In this document: positions 44,955 to 58,851 of the stretch, piece after piece
How positions within the stretch are numbered: position 1 is the stretch's first letter
How the letters are laid out: each line of letters begins with the position of its first letter
The notes under the pieces: generated by a model
What the model was told of the DNA's origin: nothing
What the model saw: only the letters and a program-made list of their open reading frames with translations
Databases searched by the model: none
Translations under genes and position numbers: made by a program
Source of the DNA: the human T2T-CHM13v2.0 reference genome, Homo sapiens
Assembly (NCBI RefSeq): GCF_009914755.1
Contig: NC_060930.1
Direction: 5' to 3' (one strand)
DNA length: 64,000 bases

Positions 44955-46887
44955 TCAAAGCTGATTTTTCTAGAAACTGTGTTAAGAAACAGAGCAAAAA
45001 CAAACATGCAGCAGTTTTCTACCAAATGGCTTACAATGTGCATATTCTTGAGTGATTTTAAAAGTCTCAGCTTTTATTTAGTTGTATTTCCAACTGTTTA
45101 GTTAATCTTTATTGACTTGTGCATAACTCTCAGGAATAGGAATGTATCTGGGAATGGAGAGAAGTTTCCTGGTGCACTCAAATGAACTGTTTACTTCTTT
45201 TGCTAACTCTCACATCTGGTTAGGGATCTAGAAGTTTCTAAGGACCAAAAGAGTCACCTGGAATAGTGTGCCCAGGGGAATGGGTTACGTTGTTTGGGTA
45301 TGTGTCGTATTTGAATCATAGAAAGAGCTTTCTTTGTTTTATTTTAGTTGATACTAGCCAGTTCTATTGCTTGTCGCTAGCATTAAAAACTAAGAGCCCT
45401 GAAAAAGGTACACAACATTCCGTAAGGGAGGAAGAATGAACCAGACCAGCCATGAGATGCGTGGCACAGTGCAAATACAAGTTAAGAGGATGCTGTGACT
45501 AGCTGAATACCAGAACCAGTAAGGCAAAGGTAGTTTGGTTGCATGGTGACAACATATTTAAACTCAAAACTCTTTAATCTGAATTAGCAATACTCACATC
45601 CTTGCCAAGCAAAAGCAAAGCATAAAACAAAAATAAACTTGTGCTGTGTTTCCTATCTCAGATAATATTACAAACTCAAGCCACTTTATCTCCAATTTCT
45701 AGCTCCCTAGACCTTCACGGCCATTAGTCAGCATGTGTTGTCTATCATACCTCAAAATGTTTATCAAGTAAATACTTTCCTCTCCATTTTCATTGTCACT
45801 GCCTTGTTTTCAGCTTTATCCTTTTTCCAGTCACATATCACGACAGTCTCCACCAAGCAACCTATACTCCTGCTTCAATAGACTATTTGCATGTACCAGA
45901 AACACCAAGTATTCTCTGGCTGCTCTTTGAGATGACGCTGTGTTACCTCTATTCATCCTTCAAGATCACCCACACCCCTTAATTCTAGAAGAATTAGCCC
46001 TTGTCTTTTTAGCATCCTCCTAGTCCTATATTGTCATGCATTACCACGTGCATTACAATTAAAAGACGATAATTTGTATCTCTCCTAATACAAAATGACT
46101 TCTATTGAGGGCAGGACTTGTCTTATGCAACTTTCTATATTTAGCCCCTTTAACAAAGCTCAGCACCTGATTTTAAAAAATCAATAATTCGTTTAGTTTA
46201 AATAATCAACTGACCACAGAACAACTGATTAACCAATAAAGCACTTAAAATTAGCAATTTGAGGTAAATCTATTCATTGATAACTTACATAAGATTTAGT
46301 TTGGTTTCAACGTTTTTCACAATCTTTATCCATGCTTTATGATGCCGTCATAAGTATCAATTCATGTTAGAAGAAATCAAGGAAGAAATTACAGTAAAAT
46401 CTTCATTCTTATCATGTGTGCTTGATAAACCACCACGTTCCTCATCTTAAACAGCAGGTAGTTCCTGGGGTCATGGACCTTACACCATCTCAGCATTCAA
46501 ATGAGTGTTATTCAAAAAAAAAAAAAAAAACACAACTTCACACAACATTTGGACAATGTCAGAAAGAAAAATTGATACTAAGAAAACAATAAATTCACTT
46601 CCTAAATGTTGAACCTGCTCTTAATTTTATATTAACTTTTATTTCACCAAATAGAAGAGTTTTTCATATGCCATATACATTTATATTTTCATCAAGAATA
46701 AGAAGCATCATTTGGCTAGAACTGTAATTACATTTTCTTTTCCTCAACATGATAAAAGTGTTGAAGTAGTTTTCCTAAGTGCTGTATAAAACCAGTTAAG
46801 AAACCAGTTTCCCACCCGCTTTAGACTTTAAATGATGAGCAGCCAATATGAAGTTCCAAATACATACAAAAATTATTTAAGAATTTA

Positions 46888-47868
46888 CAGAGTAAACAGA
46901 CAACCTACAGAATGGGAGAAAATTTTTGCAAACTATGCATCTGATATCCATCATCTATAAGGAACTTAAAGGTCTAATATCCAGCATCTATAAGGAACTT
47001 AAACAAATTTACAAGAGGTAATAAATAAACAACCTCATTAAAAAGTGGGCAAAGGACATGAACAGATGCTTCTCAAAAAAAGACACATGTGGCCAACAAT
47101 CATATGAAAAAAAAGCTCAGCATCACTGATTATTAGAGAAATGCAAATCAAAACCACAATGAGATACCATCTAACACCAGTCAAAATGGCTATTATCAAA
47201 ATGTCAAAAAATAACAGATGCTGGCAAGGTAGTAGAGAAAAAGGAATGCTTATACACTTTTAGTGGGAGTGTAAATTAGTTCAATCATTGTGGAAGATGG
47301 CGTGGTGATTTCTCAAAGACCTAAAGGACAGAAAGATCATCCAACCCAGCAATCCCCTTACTGGATATATACACAAAGGAATATAAATCATTCTATTATA
47401 AAGACACGTGGACGCCTATGTTCATTGCAGCACTAGTCACAGTAGCAGAGACATGGAATCAACCTAAATGCCCATCAGTGATAGACTGGATAAGGAAAAT
47501 GTGGTACTTATATACCATGGAATACTATGCAGCCATAAAAAAATGAGATCATGTCCTTTGAAGGAACATGGATGGAGCTGGAGGCCACTATCCTTAACAA
47601 ACTATCACAGGAACAGAAAACCAAATACCGTATGTTCTCGCTTTTAAGTGGAAGCTAAATGATGAGAACACATGGACACGTAGAGGGGAACAACACACAC
47701 TGGAGCCTATTGATGGTGGAGGGTGGAAGGAGGGAGAGGATCAGGAAAAATAACTAATGGGTACTAGGCTTAATACCCGGGTGATGAAATAACCTGTACA
47801 ACAAACCCCCATGACACATGTTTACCTATGTAACCAACCTGCACATGTACCCCTGAACTTAAAAAAAA
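46888..47868 (+). mobile_element. L1PA (13-16 class) 3' ~1 kb
   Basis: agacaacctacagaatgggagaaaatttttgc...cctgaacttaaaa; internal ~27-bp duplication at 46944-47003. Confidence 0.93.
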
Positions 47869-48236
47869 ATTATAATGTCTGTAAATAATAGTAATATTTA
47901 ACATTTAATACTATTTTATTATGAATGTCCTTTAGTTAATTATTTTTGGCCTCATTTTACAAATGAGGAAAAATAAGGAAAATAAAAGCTAAATAATGCG
48001 GGCACTGTTACACAACTAGAAGGTGGCAGAGCCTGGATTGAAATGCAGCTATGAATTCCAGAGTCCATGCATCTAATTGCAAAGTTTTGTAAGGTAAGTG
48101 TGGGAAAAGGGTAAGAAAGAGGAGGGAAGAGATGCTACCAAGCAGCTTAACCAAATAGTATTATTTAGTAACAACATGTGTTCTCTTTCAGTGTTTTTGT
48201 TCTTTCTATATTTAAACACTCCAGTGTAGTATACGT

Positions 48237-48297
48237 ATATGGGTGTGTATATATACATATATATATAGATATATATATAGATATATATATAGATATG
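48237..48297. repeat. (TA)n/(TAGA) microsatellite
   Basis: Direct reading. Confidence 0.9.
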
Positions 48298-49339
48298 CAC
48301 ACATTTATTTTACTCTGAACTATCTAGGATGTTTTTTCTAGAAAGGAGAAATATACAAATATACAAAATGTACAAATACATTTTGAAGAGGAAAACAGTT
48401 TTAAAAGACTTTTAAGTATTCTAGAAATCTTAGAAATGACAAGTTTAGATATCATGAGATTAAAGAGAAATAACCGTGATTTTTTAAAAATGATCCTGGG
48501 AATGAAAGAGGTGGGTCTTCAATACACTAACATTTAAATTCTCAGCTTCAGGAGAAATTGAGTTTTCATTCATGCTCTGAACCCTCTTCCCTTGGCAATG
48601 AAGCCTCAGCATCCCTTTGCTTCTCCTGTGCCCTCAAGTGAGAACTGAGTTATGGCTGGCTGTCTCAGGAAGAAAATAACTATTACAAGACATAAGATGG
48701 GCTGGGGTGGGGGAGGGCTAAGGAAAGGCCTGCCATTTAGCTTGTAAAGTGCAGCAGCTGTGGCCTGTTTTCACTAATATCTGACATGTTTCTTTGGCCA
48801 CTCGCCAAATTGAGCTGTACCCAACACTTCTCCCATCCTTCCTGTGCCTCCAGGATCCTTTGTAAATGCTACTTGAGACTCCAGTCTACTCCAAATCAAT
48901 CCCCTTGGTTCCTTCCTCCCCTTAATGCACAGGCATCCCACCCTAATTAATTAACCCAACACCAGCTTCATCCAGGACCTTCCCACACTTTGCCCCTTCA
49001 CGCAGCCCAGAAACATCAGCACATTCCTGACTTCATCACTTGTCAACTCCCTTTCTGTTAAAGACCAGTGTCCCCTTTCGCTGACCTGGCCTCTGATTTG
49101 ATCTCACTTTAAAGTATCCCACTTTAAGAGACAGTAACAAATGCTGCCTTTTTCCTGTTTGGTTTGTTTATTCATGTTCACTCAGTCTATTATAATTAAA
49201 GACCAAGGGAATTCTAAGAAGAGCCCAGGAAGATGGTTTATGCATTTGATATGTGGATAAATCCAATACTGGATTTGTAACAAAGTTCACTTCACCTATT
49301 GCTAACTGTGTGAACTTGGGTGAGTTTCCTAAGCTCTTG

Positions 49340-49930
49340 TCATTCATTCAAATACTTATTGAGTGCCTGTTACTATGCCACGTTCTATTGTAAATGCTGA
49401 TGCTGCAATTTAAACAGGGAAGCAAAAATACCTGCCCTCTGTGATGTTTATATCTTAAAGAGGAAAAGTAACTGTTAATAAATAGGTGGATTTAAAAATA
49501 TAGACATTTAAGAAAAAATATAAGGAATGAGAGAAGAAGAATAGGGAGTGTCAAGATTAGGAGTAGAAAGGAAGGTAGCAACTTGGAATAGACCAGTCCC
49601 TAACTTCCTGATGCGATGTTTCACCAGGCCTGAGGTCATGCAGATAGCTGAGAAAAAAAAGCATTCCCAAAAGAGGAAACAGCAAGTGCAAAAGCCCTGA
49701 GACAGAAGAGTGTTGCCTGGCTTGTTGGGCAAAGAGACAGCTATGGCTGGCAGAGAACAAGAAAGCAGCAGCAGTTGATGTCAGAGTAACAGGGAGCTAG
49801 AACTCAGAGGGCCTTGTACATGATAATAAAGAGTGTGGATTTTACTTTGATAGAAATGGGAACTCACTAAAGGATACTGAATAAGAGTAACATGATTGGA
49901 TTTACCTCTAAAGAATCTCAACTAACTCCT
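49340..49930 (-). mobile_element. L2 3' end, flanked by MIR pieces (49270-49335 and 49960-50230)
   Basis: tcattcattcaaatacttattgagtgcct...aaacagcaagtgcaaaagccctgag; MIR ctcaaatcccagtgccaccacttactaccagtgtgacttt. Confidence 0.8.
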
Positions 49931-51224
49931 CTGTAAGAGTGTAGAATGTATAATAACAAGAGTGGCGAAGACTAGCCTGCCTGCTCAAATCCCAGTGCCA
50001 CCACTTACTACCAGTGTGACTTTAAGCTAATTGTTTAACCTTCCTAAGCTTTGATTTTCTCATTTTTTCCTTTTTTTTTTTCTTTTTTACAGAGGTAATC
50101 AAAAGTGTTCTCATTTTTAAGGTGGAATTGATAGTAGTTCCTCTTTTGTAAGGTTAAGAAAAAATAAATCAAATAGTGCATACTGAGGTGTTTAGCGCAG
50201 TGGATACCACCTAGAAAGCCTGACACACGCTGATATTATCAGGCTGGTGAGAATCAAGTTCTATAATGTATGTGCGGTATTTGCTTGTGTTGTCCAGCAT
50301 AGTGGCATAGTGAGCACTTACATGTCATCTACTATCAGTTACTAGCATTACCAACTACTAACCCACTGGCTGTTTTAAAGTAATTTTGTACCTTTAAAAA
50401 TTTTATAATATACCACCTTAAAAGAATCAGAATAGCAAAAGTTCACAGATAATTTTCAGATGTCTCTGAACCTTCTTATTCAAAGTACTCTGCAAAGCAC
50501 TAGAAAGGCATATGTACTTGGGTAAAAGAGTAAACACACACTGTCTCTCTCTTTCTGTTTTATCATATATATATAATAAAACAGAGATATACATAATTAT
50601 CTATATATTAAACATATATATCTTTATGTATATATCTTCCCCTTTAAAAATTACTGATATATATAGAGAGAGAATTTTATAGATAATTTTTAAAGAAGGG
50701 GAAATTATCTATATATAGATAATATTTTAAAGAAGAGGAAAGAGTTAGTTAAGACAAGTTTCTGTGTGTTGCTGACCCCTGTTGGGTGGAAAAATTAAAA
50801 TTGGTCTTCTGAAAGAAAGAAAAGTGAATTCTCAACTCCCTGTACATGATCCTGACCGGGAACCTACTCTCATCCATTTCACTGATTCCACGTGTATGGC
50901 CATGGATGGGGACATTGGAGGCCTACTGGTTCTTCGAAGCCCTACTGGTTCTTCGAAGACCTGCTTCATTACCCAAATGTTATGCAGCTCATACCTCATT
51001 TCTTTCCTGAGACCTAGACTACCTTAAACTGAGAGGGAGGATCTCATCTTTCTTTCCCTTGCCCACCATACTCACACACACAGACATACTGACATACTCC
51101 CAAAACAAACACATGTCCCCCAAGCTTAAGTCTCTTAGGAAACAACCACATATCCTAATCTGGTCTTGATAGTCAGCTCACGAGAACAAAGGAGAGGAAG
51201 ATTAATGTAGAAACCTGCACTAAA

Positions 51225-51818
<594 letters not shown>

Positions 51819-51837
<19 letters not shown>

Positions 51838-51900
51838 CTACCATTGATATAAGGCCTCTTCCGGACCGAAACGCGCAGCCGCACCTCTCTGTTCCGTCAG
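51819..51900 (+). promoter_or_regulatory. Candidate Pol II core promoter: TATATAAA 51819-51826, TCT-like initiator CCTCTTC 51855-51861, ETS site CTTCCGG 51858-51864
   Basis: Motif matches at the start of a CpG-rich tract; TATA-to-initiator spacing (~35-37 nt) is slightly long. Confidence 0.45.
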
Positions 51901-51986
51901 GTGGAATAGGCCCCCGACCCGGGATCTCTACCCAAAAGGAGGCGGTTAGAACACAGGTGTCCTATTCCCTTTAGTCCTCCATCCTT
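51841..51986 (+). repeat. Diverged direct repeat, copy 1 (copy 2 = 52892-53066)
   Basis: ggcctcttccggaccgaaacgcgcagccgc ~ ggccctatctggatcgaaactcgcactcgc; exact 21-mer acacaggtgtcctattccctt at 51951-51971 and 53032-53052. Confidence 0.85.
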
Positions 51987-52024
51987 TACTAGACAAAGCT
52001 GCGCAATTAGAATAATAAAATGCA

Positions 52025-52169
52025 GCCGGGAGAAATTGTTAACGCTTGTAATCCCAGCATTTTGAGAGGCTGAGGCTGAAGGATCGCTTGAGTCCAGGAG
52101 TTCAAGCCTGCAGTGAGCTATGATCGGACCATTGTACTTCAGCATGGGCGACAGAATGAGACCCTGTCT

Positions 52170-52218
<49 letters not shown>
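52025..52218 (+). mobile_element. Old Alu monomer (FRAM/FAM-like) with a (TAA)16 tail at 52171-52218
   Basis: ggatcgcttgagtccaggagttcaagcctgcagtgagctatgatc...gagaccctgtc; perfect TAA run. Confidence 0.9.
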
Positions 52219-52220
<2 letters not shown>

Positions 52221-52335
52221 CCAAAACATCAAGAAATTGGTTGTGCCCTTTTAAAATACACTTAGAAGGGGAACGGTTAGAAATCTTAATTTCAGGGATA
52301 TTTTACTCCTAAACCTATTCTTTTTGTTTTTGCAG

Positions 52336-52467
52336 AGATTGATCATGCCTACAATGACAACTGGAAAACAGAAATGAAACCATATAAGCCAAGCACTCAC
52401 GCAATCTTTGTCCTCCCAGTTGACTTAAGAACACTTGTGAAGAAAATGTGGCGTCTTTAGATCTCAG
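52336..52467 (+). ncRNA. Candidate internal non-coding exon (132 nt)
   Basis: Strong acceptor ttctttttgtttttgcag|A and consensus donor CAG|GTAAGG; stops in all three frames. Confidence 0.4.
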
Positions 52468-52539
52468 GTAAGGGATCCGGAGCACTGTTTTTCCTGATAC
52501 ACCTCCATCCTGCAGGGTAGTTGGGAGTGAGGTGTGCTG

Positions 52540-53060
52540 AGAAGGAACAAGTTGTCCGCTTTAACTTGACAAGGCACGGCTTCCCCCGCCTCCTACTTGA
52601 AGTATTCTAGTTGCTGAAATAAATGTTCAGGTGTTTTGGGTTTTGTCTCTTCCAGCTCCGCCCGTCTGCGCCTCTCCAGCAGAGGGCGCCTTTTCCACTG
52701 GGTCTCACTGTGGGCTGCTGGGAGTTTTATTCGGTTTGGGCCGGGAAGGAGCTGTGTTGGATCCGCGCCCCCTGCCTTGGCGCCGCCTCTGGCGCCCTGA
52801 GCCGTGGCCCATCCCATGCAGAATCAATCGGGGCTCCTCACTCCCGCGCCTGCTCCCCGGGGGCTGAATCCGCCCGCCCGGGGGCCAGGTGCCGTTGAGA
52901 TCCCAGGCGCTCCACCTGGAGGCCCTATCTGGATCGAAACTCGCACTCGCCCCGCCCTCTTGTTACCAGTTCTCTCCGGGCTTGTGGAAAGAGTTCCCCA
53001 ACCTGGGATATATACCCGAGAGGAGGTTAGGACACAGGTGTCCTATTCCCTTGCATCCTC
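52540..53060. promoter_or_regulatory. Small CpG island with GC boxes
   Basis: Only GC-rich, CpG-dense non-repeat tract in the window; CCGCCC at ~52658, ~52870 and ~52952. Confidence 0.8.
52676..52689 (+). promoter_or_regulatory. CTCF core motif
   Basis: CCAGCAGAGGGCGC matches CCASYAGRKGGCRC at every position. Confidence 0.8.
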
Positions 53061-53064
53061 CATC

Positions 53065-53901
<837 letters not shown>

Positions 53902-54509
53902 TAAGTAGCTTTGGTCTGCCCCTTTCTTGGATTGTTTAAGATCGGCAAGGAACGGGGAGAGAAAGCGTAGCTAGCCAATAAGGAAACACGAACTGAAAAG
54001 TATTTCCGAAGCATCACTCCTGTCAGCGTTATTAGAGTACTGATGGCCCATATTACGATGTCGCTGGTTGTATGTCTTCCCCCGCACAGTGTCCAGAGCA
54101 CCGTGAGGACAGGGCTGCTTTTACTCTACGTTTGCATCCTCAAAAGGTACAGCACCCAGCCCAGTGCTTGGCACAGAGTCTATTGATGATTGATAAATAA
54201 TAATGTACGTCGAAATTTGGATGAGGGTTCTCATTTTTGTGTTCTTACTTTTATTTGAATTTGACCTTATAATTAGAAGTGCAGGGGACAAATATTTGCT
54301 ACCATGTTGAAAATGTTAATACTATAACCCTGCTCATTGATACAAATATTAGTAAGACTATGCTAGCTAAAGCATCTGACTACATGTTGATTGTTATCAG
54401 GATAGTGATGGAGTATTTTTGCTTTTTAAAAAATTTAAAGCTTTCCAGAGAAATCTGTCAAAATAATTATCATTGCATCCTAACACCTTTTATTTTTTGG
54501 GGGGGGCGG

Positions 54510-54903
54510 GGGTGGTGCCTAAAACATCAGAAATTTATTGGCTTACCGTTACAGAGACCAGAAGTCTGAAATCAAGGTATCAGAGGGACGTGCTCTCTTA
54601 AAGGCCCTAGGGAAGGATCCTTCCTTCCTTCTTCAAGCTACTGGTGTTTGCTGTCAGTCCTTGCCATTCCTTGACCATAACTTCAATCTACGCCTCCTTC
54701 TTTACATAGCCTTCTTCCTTCTACTTCTGTGTCCAGATCTCTAGGTGTGTAAGGACACCAACCATTGAATTATGGCCCACCCTAATCCAGCTCCACTTCA
54801 CCTTAACCTGATTATACCTGCAAAGATTTTATTTTTAAATAAGGTTACATGCACAAGTCTGGGTAGACATAGATTTTGGAGGAACACCACTCAACCGAGT
54901 ACA
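54510..54903 (-). mobile_element. MLT1 (B/C-like) LTR
   Basis: cagaaatttatt...ccagaagtctgaaatcaaggtatcag...gtaaggacaccaaccattgaatta...aaataaggttacat. Confidence 0.85.
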
Positions 54904-54904
54904 A

Positions 54905-55330
54905 CAATTAAATTTGGAGATTTTAACACTCCAGTTTCAGTAATTGACAAAAGAGACAAAAATCAGTAAAGATATATCAACCAACTTGATCTAATTGACG
55001 TATGCAGAACACTATAACCAACAGTGGCAGAATAGTCTTTCTAAGTGCATCTAAAACATTCAACTAAATGGGCTATATAAAAACCAAATTACAATCAGTT
55101 CCACAGGATTGAAATCATGCACAGTATGTTTTCTGACAATAGCAGAAAGAAAACAGAAAACACAAACAAAAAGAAATATATAAAAACCCAAAATACTTGA
55201 AAATTATAAAAAAAAATCTAATAAGACATTTCTAGGAACTTTGGAATTCTGCAACAAACTTCTCAATTTCTCCTGTGTCCAAAGAAGACATCAAAAATAA
55301 AATTAGAAACATGTTGATCTGAATGTGACT
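54905..55330 (+). mobile_element. Old L1M ORF2 endonuclease-region fragment
   Basis: GDFNTP.S.ID motif (ggagattttaacactccagtttcagtaattgac); gaaatcatgcacagtatgttttctgac. Confidence 0.75.
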
Positions 55331-57661
55331 AAAGACAATGAATGTAATATCTGTTTTTATAAGCATACCTGGAAAACTGGCATGTCATGAACATTAGAAG
55401 TCAAAAACTGTTGAAGGGATGAGGGTATGATGGTGTCATACAGCTGCAGTTAGATAACCTACCTTTAGGTCAGTTGCTTGTTTTAGACACGCTCTTATTT
55501 TATTAATATATTGATTCCTAAAACTCAGTACCTCTACCTGCCTTCTACAGAAGTAAAGAATCCTTAGATAGAAGCAACCAAGATTTTCGAGCTTTCAACT
55601 ACTTGAGGAGATTTTAAAGGAAGTTTTTAAAAAATTAAATACATGTATATCCTATAGCATATACAGTGCATACATACAAATCTATGAACATATATCTATA
55701 TTAGTTTGTCACAGGGCTTTCTAACCTGTGACCTATAAACTTAGAGACATGATGAGAGCTTTTCTGAATATTCAGATTTTTCCATTGTGTGTGCATTTTT
55801 CTGGAGAAGGCTATACAGCTTTCATTAGATTCTCAGAGAAACCCATGAACCCAAAACTTTAAAAACTGGTCTTAAAGACGAAAGTGTATTTCAATACTAT
55901 TCTTTACTCTTGATAATAGCTCTCTAATAGGGACCCTTTAGGGTCTTGGTTTGTTATTGAGATTTTGGATGCCCAAGTAGTGAACATTGCAAAACATTAG
56001 GAATAATCCTAATGCCAAGAATGACCAGATGTGATAACATAACACATACTAACTGTATGAGATCCTTGATGTGTTTAAAATTTAAGTAGCATTATATCTC
56101 TTTACAGAACTAGCTTAAAATTAAAATGGAAACAGCTTTTATGCTGGCTCTGAGGCCAAAAATATAAATTCAACTCTGCACATTTTTTATTTGAAGGCAT
56201 TCACAAATGACATGCAAGGAATAAACGCTGGCCAAAAGCCATAGCTAAGCATTGTGTTAAAAAAAAAAAAAAAAAAAACCGTGTGTGATTTTAAGCCAAA
56301 AACTATTTAGGAGTCGGTTTCTCATGTCCTAATTATTAAATTAGGAATAAAACCAGGAAGAAGATGTTAAAAGTGGTATGCTTTAAGTATTAAGTATTCT
56401 CTTTAGGTTTAATAACAACTTTTAAAAATCAAACAAAATTGATCAACAGCCTACGTAAACAGTCATGCAAGACTGAAGAAGACTTCTCTATTTAGATTAA
56501 CAAGAAAATGGTGCTAGAGGCAGCTTGGTGAGACACTGAGAACTAAAGTTAACAAAACAAATGTGTACTGGGAGAAATGATTTACACACATGTTCTGAAT
56601 GCTTCTGCTTAGATTAATATTTTCCTTCAAATAAAACTGGTCAAGCTCAATAATGCAACTATAAAGATGAATGTACAGTAAGCAAGGCATTTGGTCATTC
56701 AGAGCCAAGATATGAGAGTTATTCTAGAAAAGTATCAAATAACCAAAAGTACTTTGGAATCTCTAACTACAGCATGTATAAAATTTTTTGCATGTATGAC
56801 AATGTATAATGGAACCTCCAAACAAATCCAAACTTACGATGTCTTCAAGATGTAAGTGTCAGCATTATAAAGCATGGGAAAAGTAAGTACTTTATTTGGC
56901 ATCCCATTTAAACCATATATGGCTTTTCTTTGCCTCTTGAGTAAAATGTCCTGCCATTTACCCTTAATTGTCATGCTAACATCCATCTCAGAATCCGCTT
57001 CCATTTTGGAAAGGGGTTAGTAAGATGAATAGGTATTTCTAACAAATCTTGATAATTTGCTTTCAGAGGGGATAGTCTAGAAATAACATCACAGCTAAGA
57101 CATCCTCTTGACTTTGAACTCAAGTCAAGACTTATCAATGCATTTTTCACATTATGGATTAAACATGTGCTTTCCTTCGGGGTGCTGTGAGAGTTAAAAA
57201 TCAAGTATCAATAACTATATAAATGAACATAAGTGGAAGGTTTATGAGTCAAGGGAAAAAGACACTTAAAAGGCAGTGTTACCTCCTGCTGTCTCAGATT
57301 GGTCTCAGGAAAGCCCAGTGGACCAGAGCCATCTCCTCTGCTGCTTTCTCTTTTCTGACTATCCATGTATCATAGGATTGACAAATCCACATTCTTAAGC
57401 TGTGTTTCCTAACTTAGTCTGACACTAAGTGCTCCAAGCTATTGTTTAGGAATTACCCTCTCACTATAATAAGAACTTCATTATTACTGAATAATAACTC
57501 AGTAATGAGTTTTTTTATTCTTCAGTAATGATTCCCAAATGACATAGAAGTATAGGAAGAAAAGAAGCATTCTGAGAATAAGACATTCTGAGAAATGGTG
57601 ATCCTAATTACTATCAATGAAGAATCACGCTCCCACTGTTTCATTGTTTGGGGCCAGTATA

Positions 57662-57954
57662 CATAAGTTGCTAATTCCAAGGCCTACGGGGCCAGGTGGT
57701 TCTTGTGAGGTCAATGGAGAACAAAAGTTTGTGCCCCTCATAAAATGGGCAATCTGTGTCCCATTCCACCTGTTACCTTAGGAAAAGAACATGAAGTATG
57801 GCTTTTCAAGATTTTTCTCAAGATAACTTAGACATCTGGATTTTTATGTGAATACTCCTGATTGTTAAATGCAGACACGAATCCCAAATTCTTAAATATT
57901 CATAGGCCTGCAGACCTGACGTAGCAGCAAATGTTTCACAAATCTGTGACCTCT
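57662..57954. mobile_element. MER102-like hAT-Charlie fossil
   Basis: gcctacggggccagg; atctggatttttatgtgaatactcctgattgttaaatg; ...tgtgacctct. Confidence 0.6.
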
Positions 57955-58541
57955 AAGAAAAGAACTTCTTAAAACCAGGTTTAGCCATGTAGCCATGTGA
58001 ACCTGGACTCATGACCTCATAGCTAGGGCTTCAGTGACCTCATCCATAGGATGGAGGAGAAGACTTCCCTAGCAGCAGCTCCAGAGTTCTTTATAAGATG
58101 AGCACTCAACAATTCTTGAGTTATGATCATCCTCCCCACACCCAGTTTCAACTCTCAGATGAGGATGTGGCTTCTGACTTAACTGCTGACAAAGTATAAA
58201 GTGTACCTCAATCTATCAAGATCCAGTGTGGCTAGCTTTCTATACTCAATTCCACAACATGAATTATTTTTAAAATTTATTGTACTTATAAAATCAATTA
58301 AGATTCACTGTAGAAAAATTACTGAATACAGATATACAAGGGAAATCTCCTTAAAAACCACCAAGTACCTTGATGTAGATCCTTTTAAATCTTTTCCTAC
58401 GTGTATATTGTTTTTAGAAAAATGACATCATATCTAATGCATTTTTTGTAGCCTGCCTTTTTTACTGAATGTATTTACTCAATAAACACTGATTCTTTAG
58501 AGAAGTAGAAATATAATTCTTATAAGATTAATTTCAATTCG

Positions 58542-58851
58542 GGCTGGGCACAGTGGCTTACGCCTATAATCTCAACACTTTGGGAGGCTGAGGCACATGG
58601 ATCACCTTGAGGTCAGGAGTTCAAGACCAGCCTGGCCAACATGGTGAAACCCTATCTCTACTAAAAATACAAAAAATTAGCCGGGCATGGTGGTGCACAC
58701 CTATAATCCCAGTTACTTCTGCCTCAGCAGACTGAGGCAGAAGAATCACTTGAACCAGGGAGGCAAAGGTTGCAGTGAGCCAAGATTGTGCCACTGCATT
58801 CCAGCCTGGGTGACAGAGCAAGATTGTCTAAAAAAGAAAAAAAAAAAGAAA
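58542..58851 (+). mobile_element. AluSx/Sz
   Basis: Full dimer; TSD aagattaat(t/c)tcaattc. Confidence 0.95.

Noticed and set aside
56220-56278. AATAAA 33 nt before an A20 run (possible retrocopy end)
   Set aside because: No TSD and no recognisable parent sequence or ORF upstream; the A16 run at 46515 likewise lacks support
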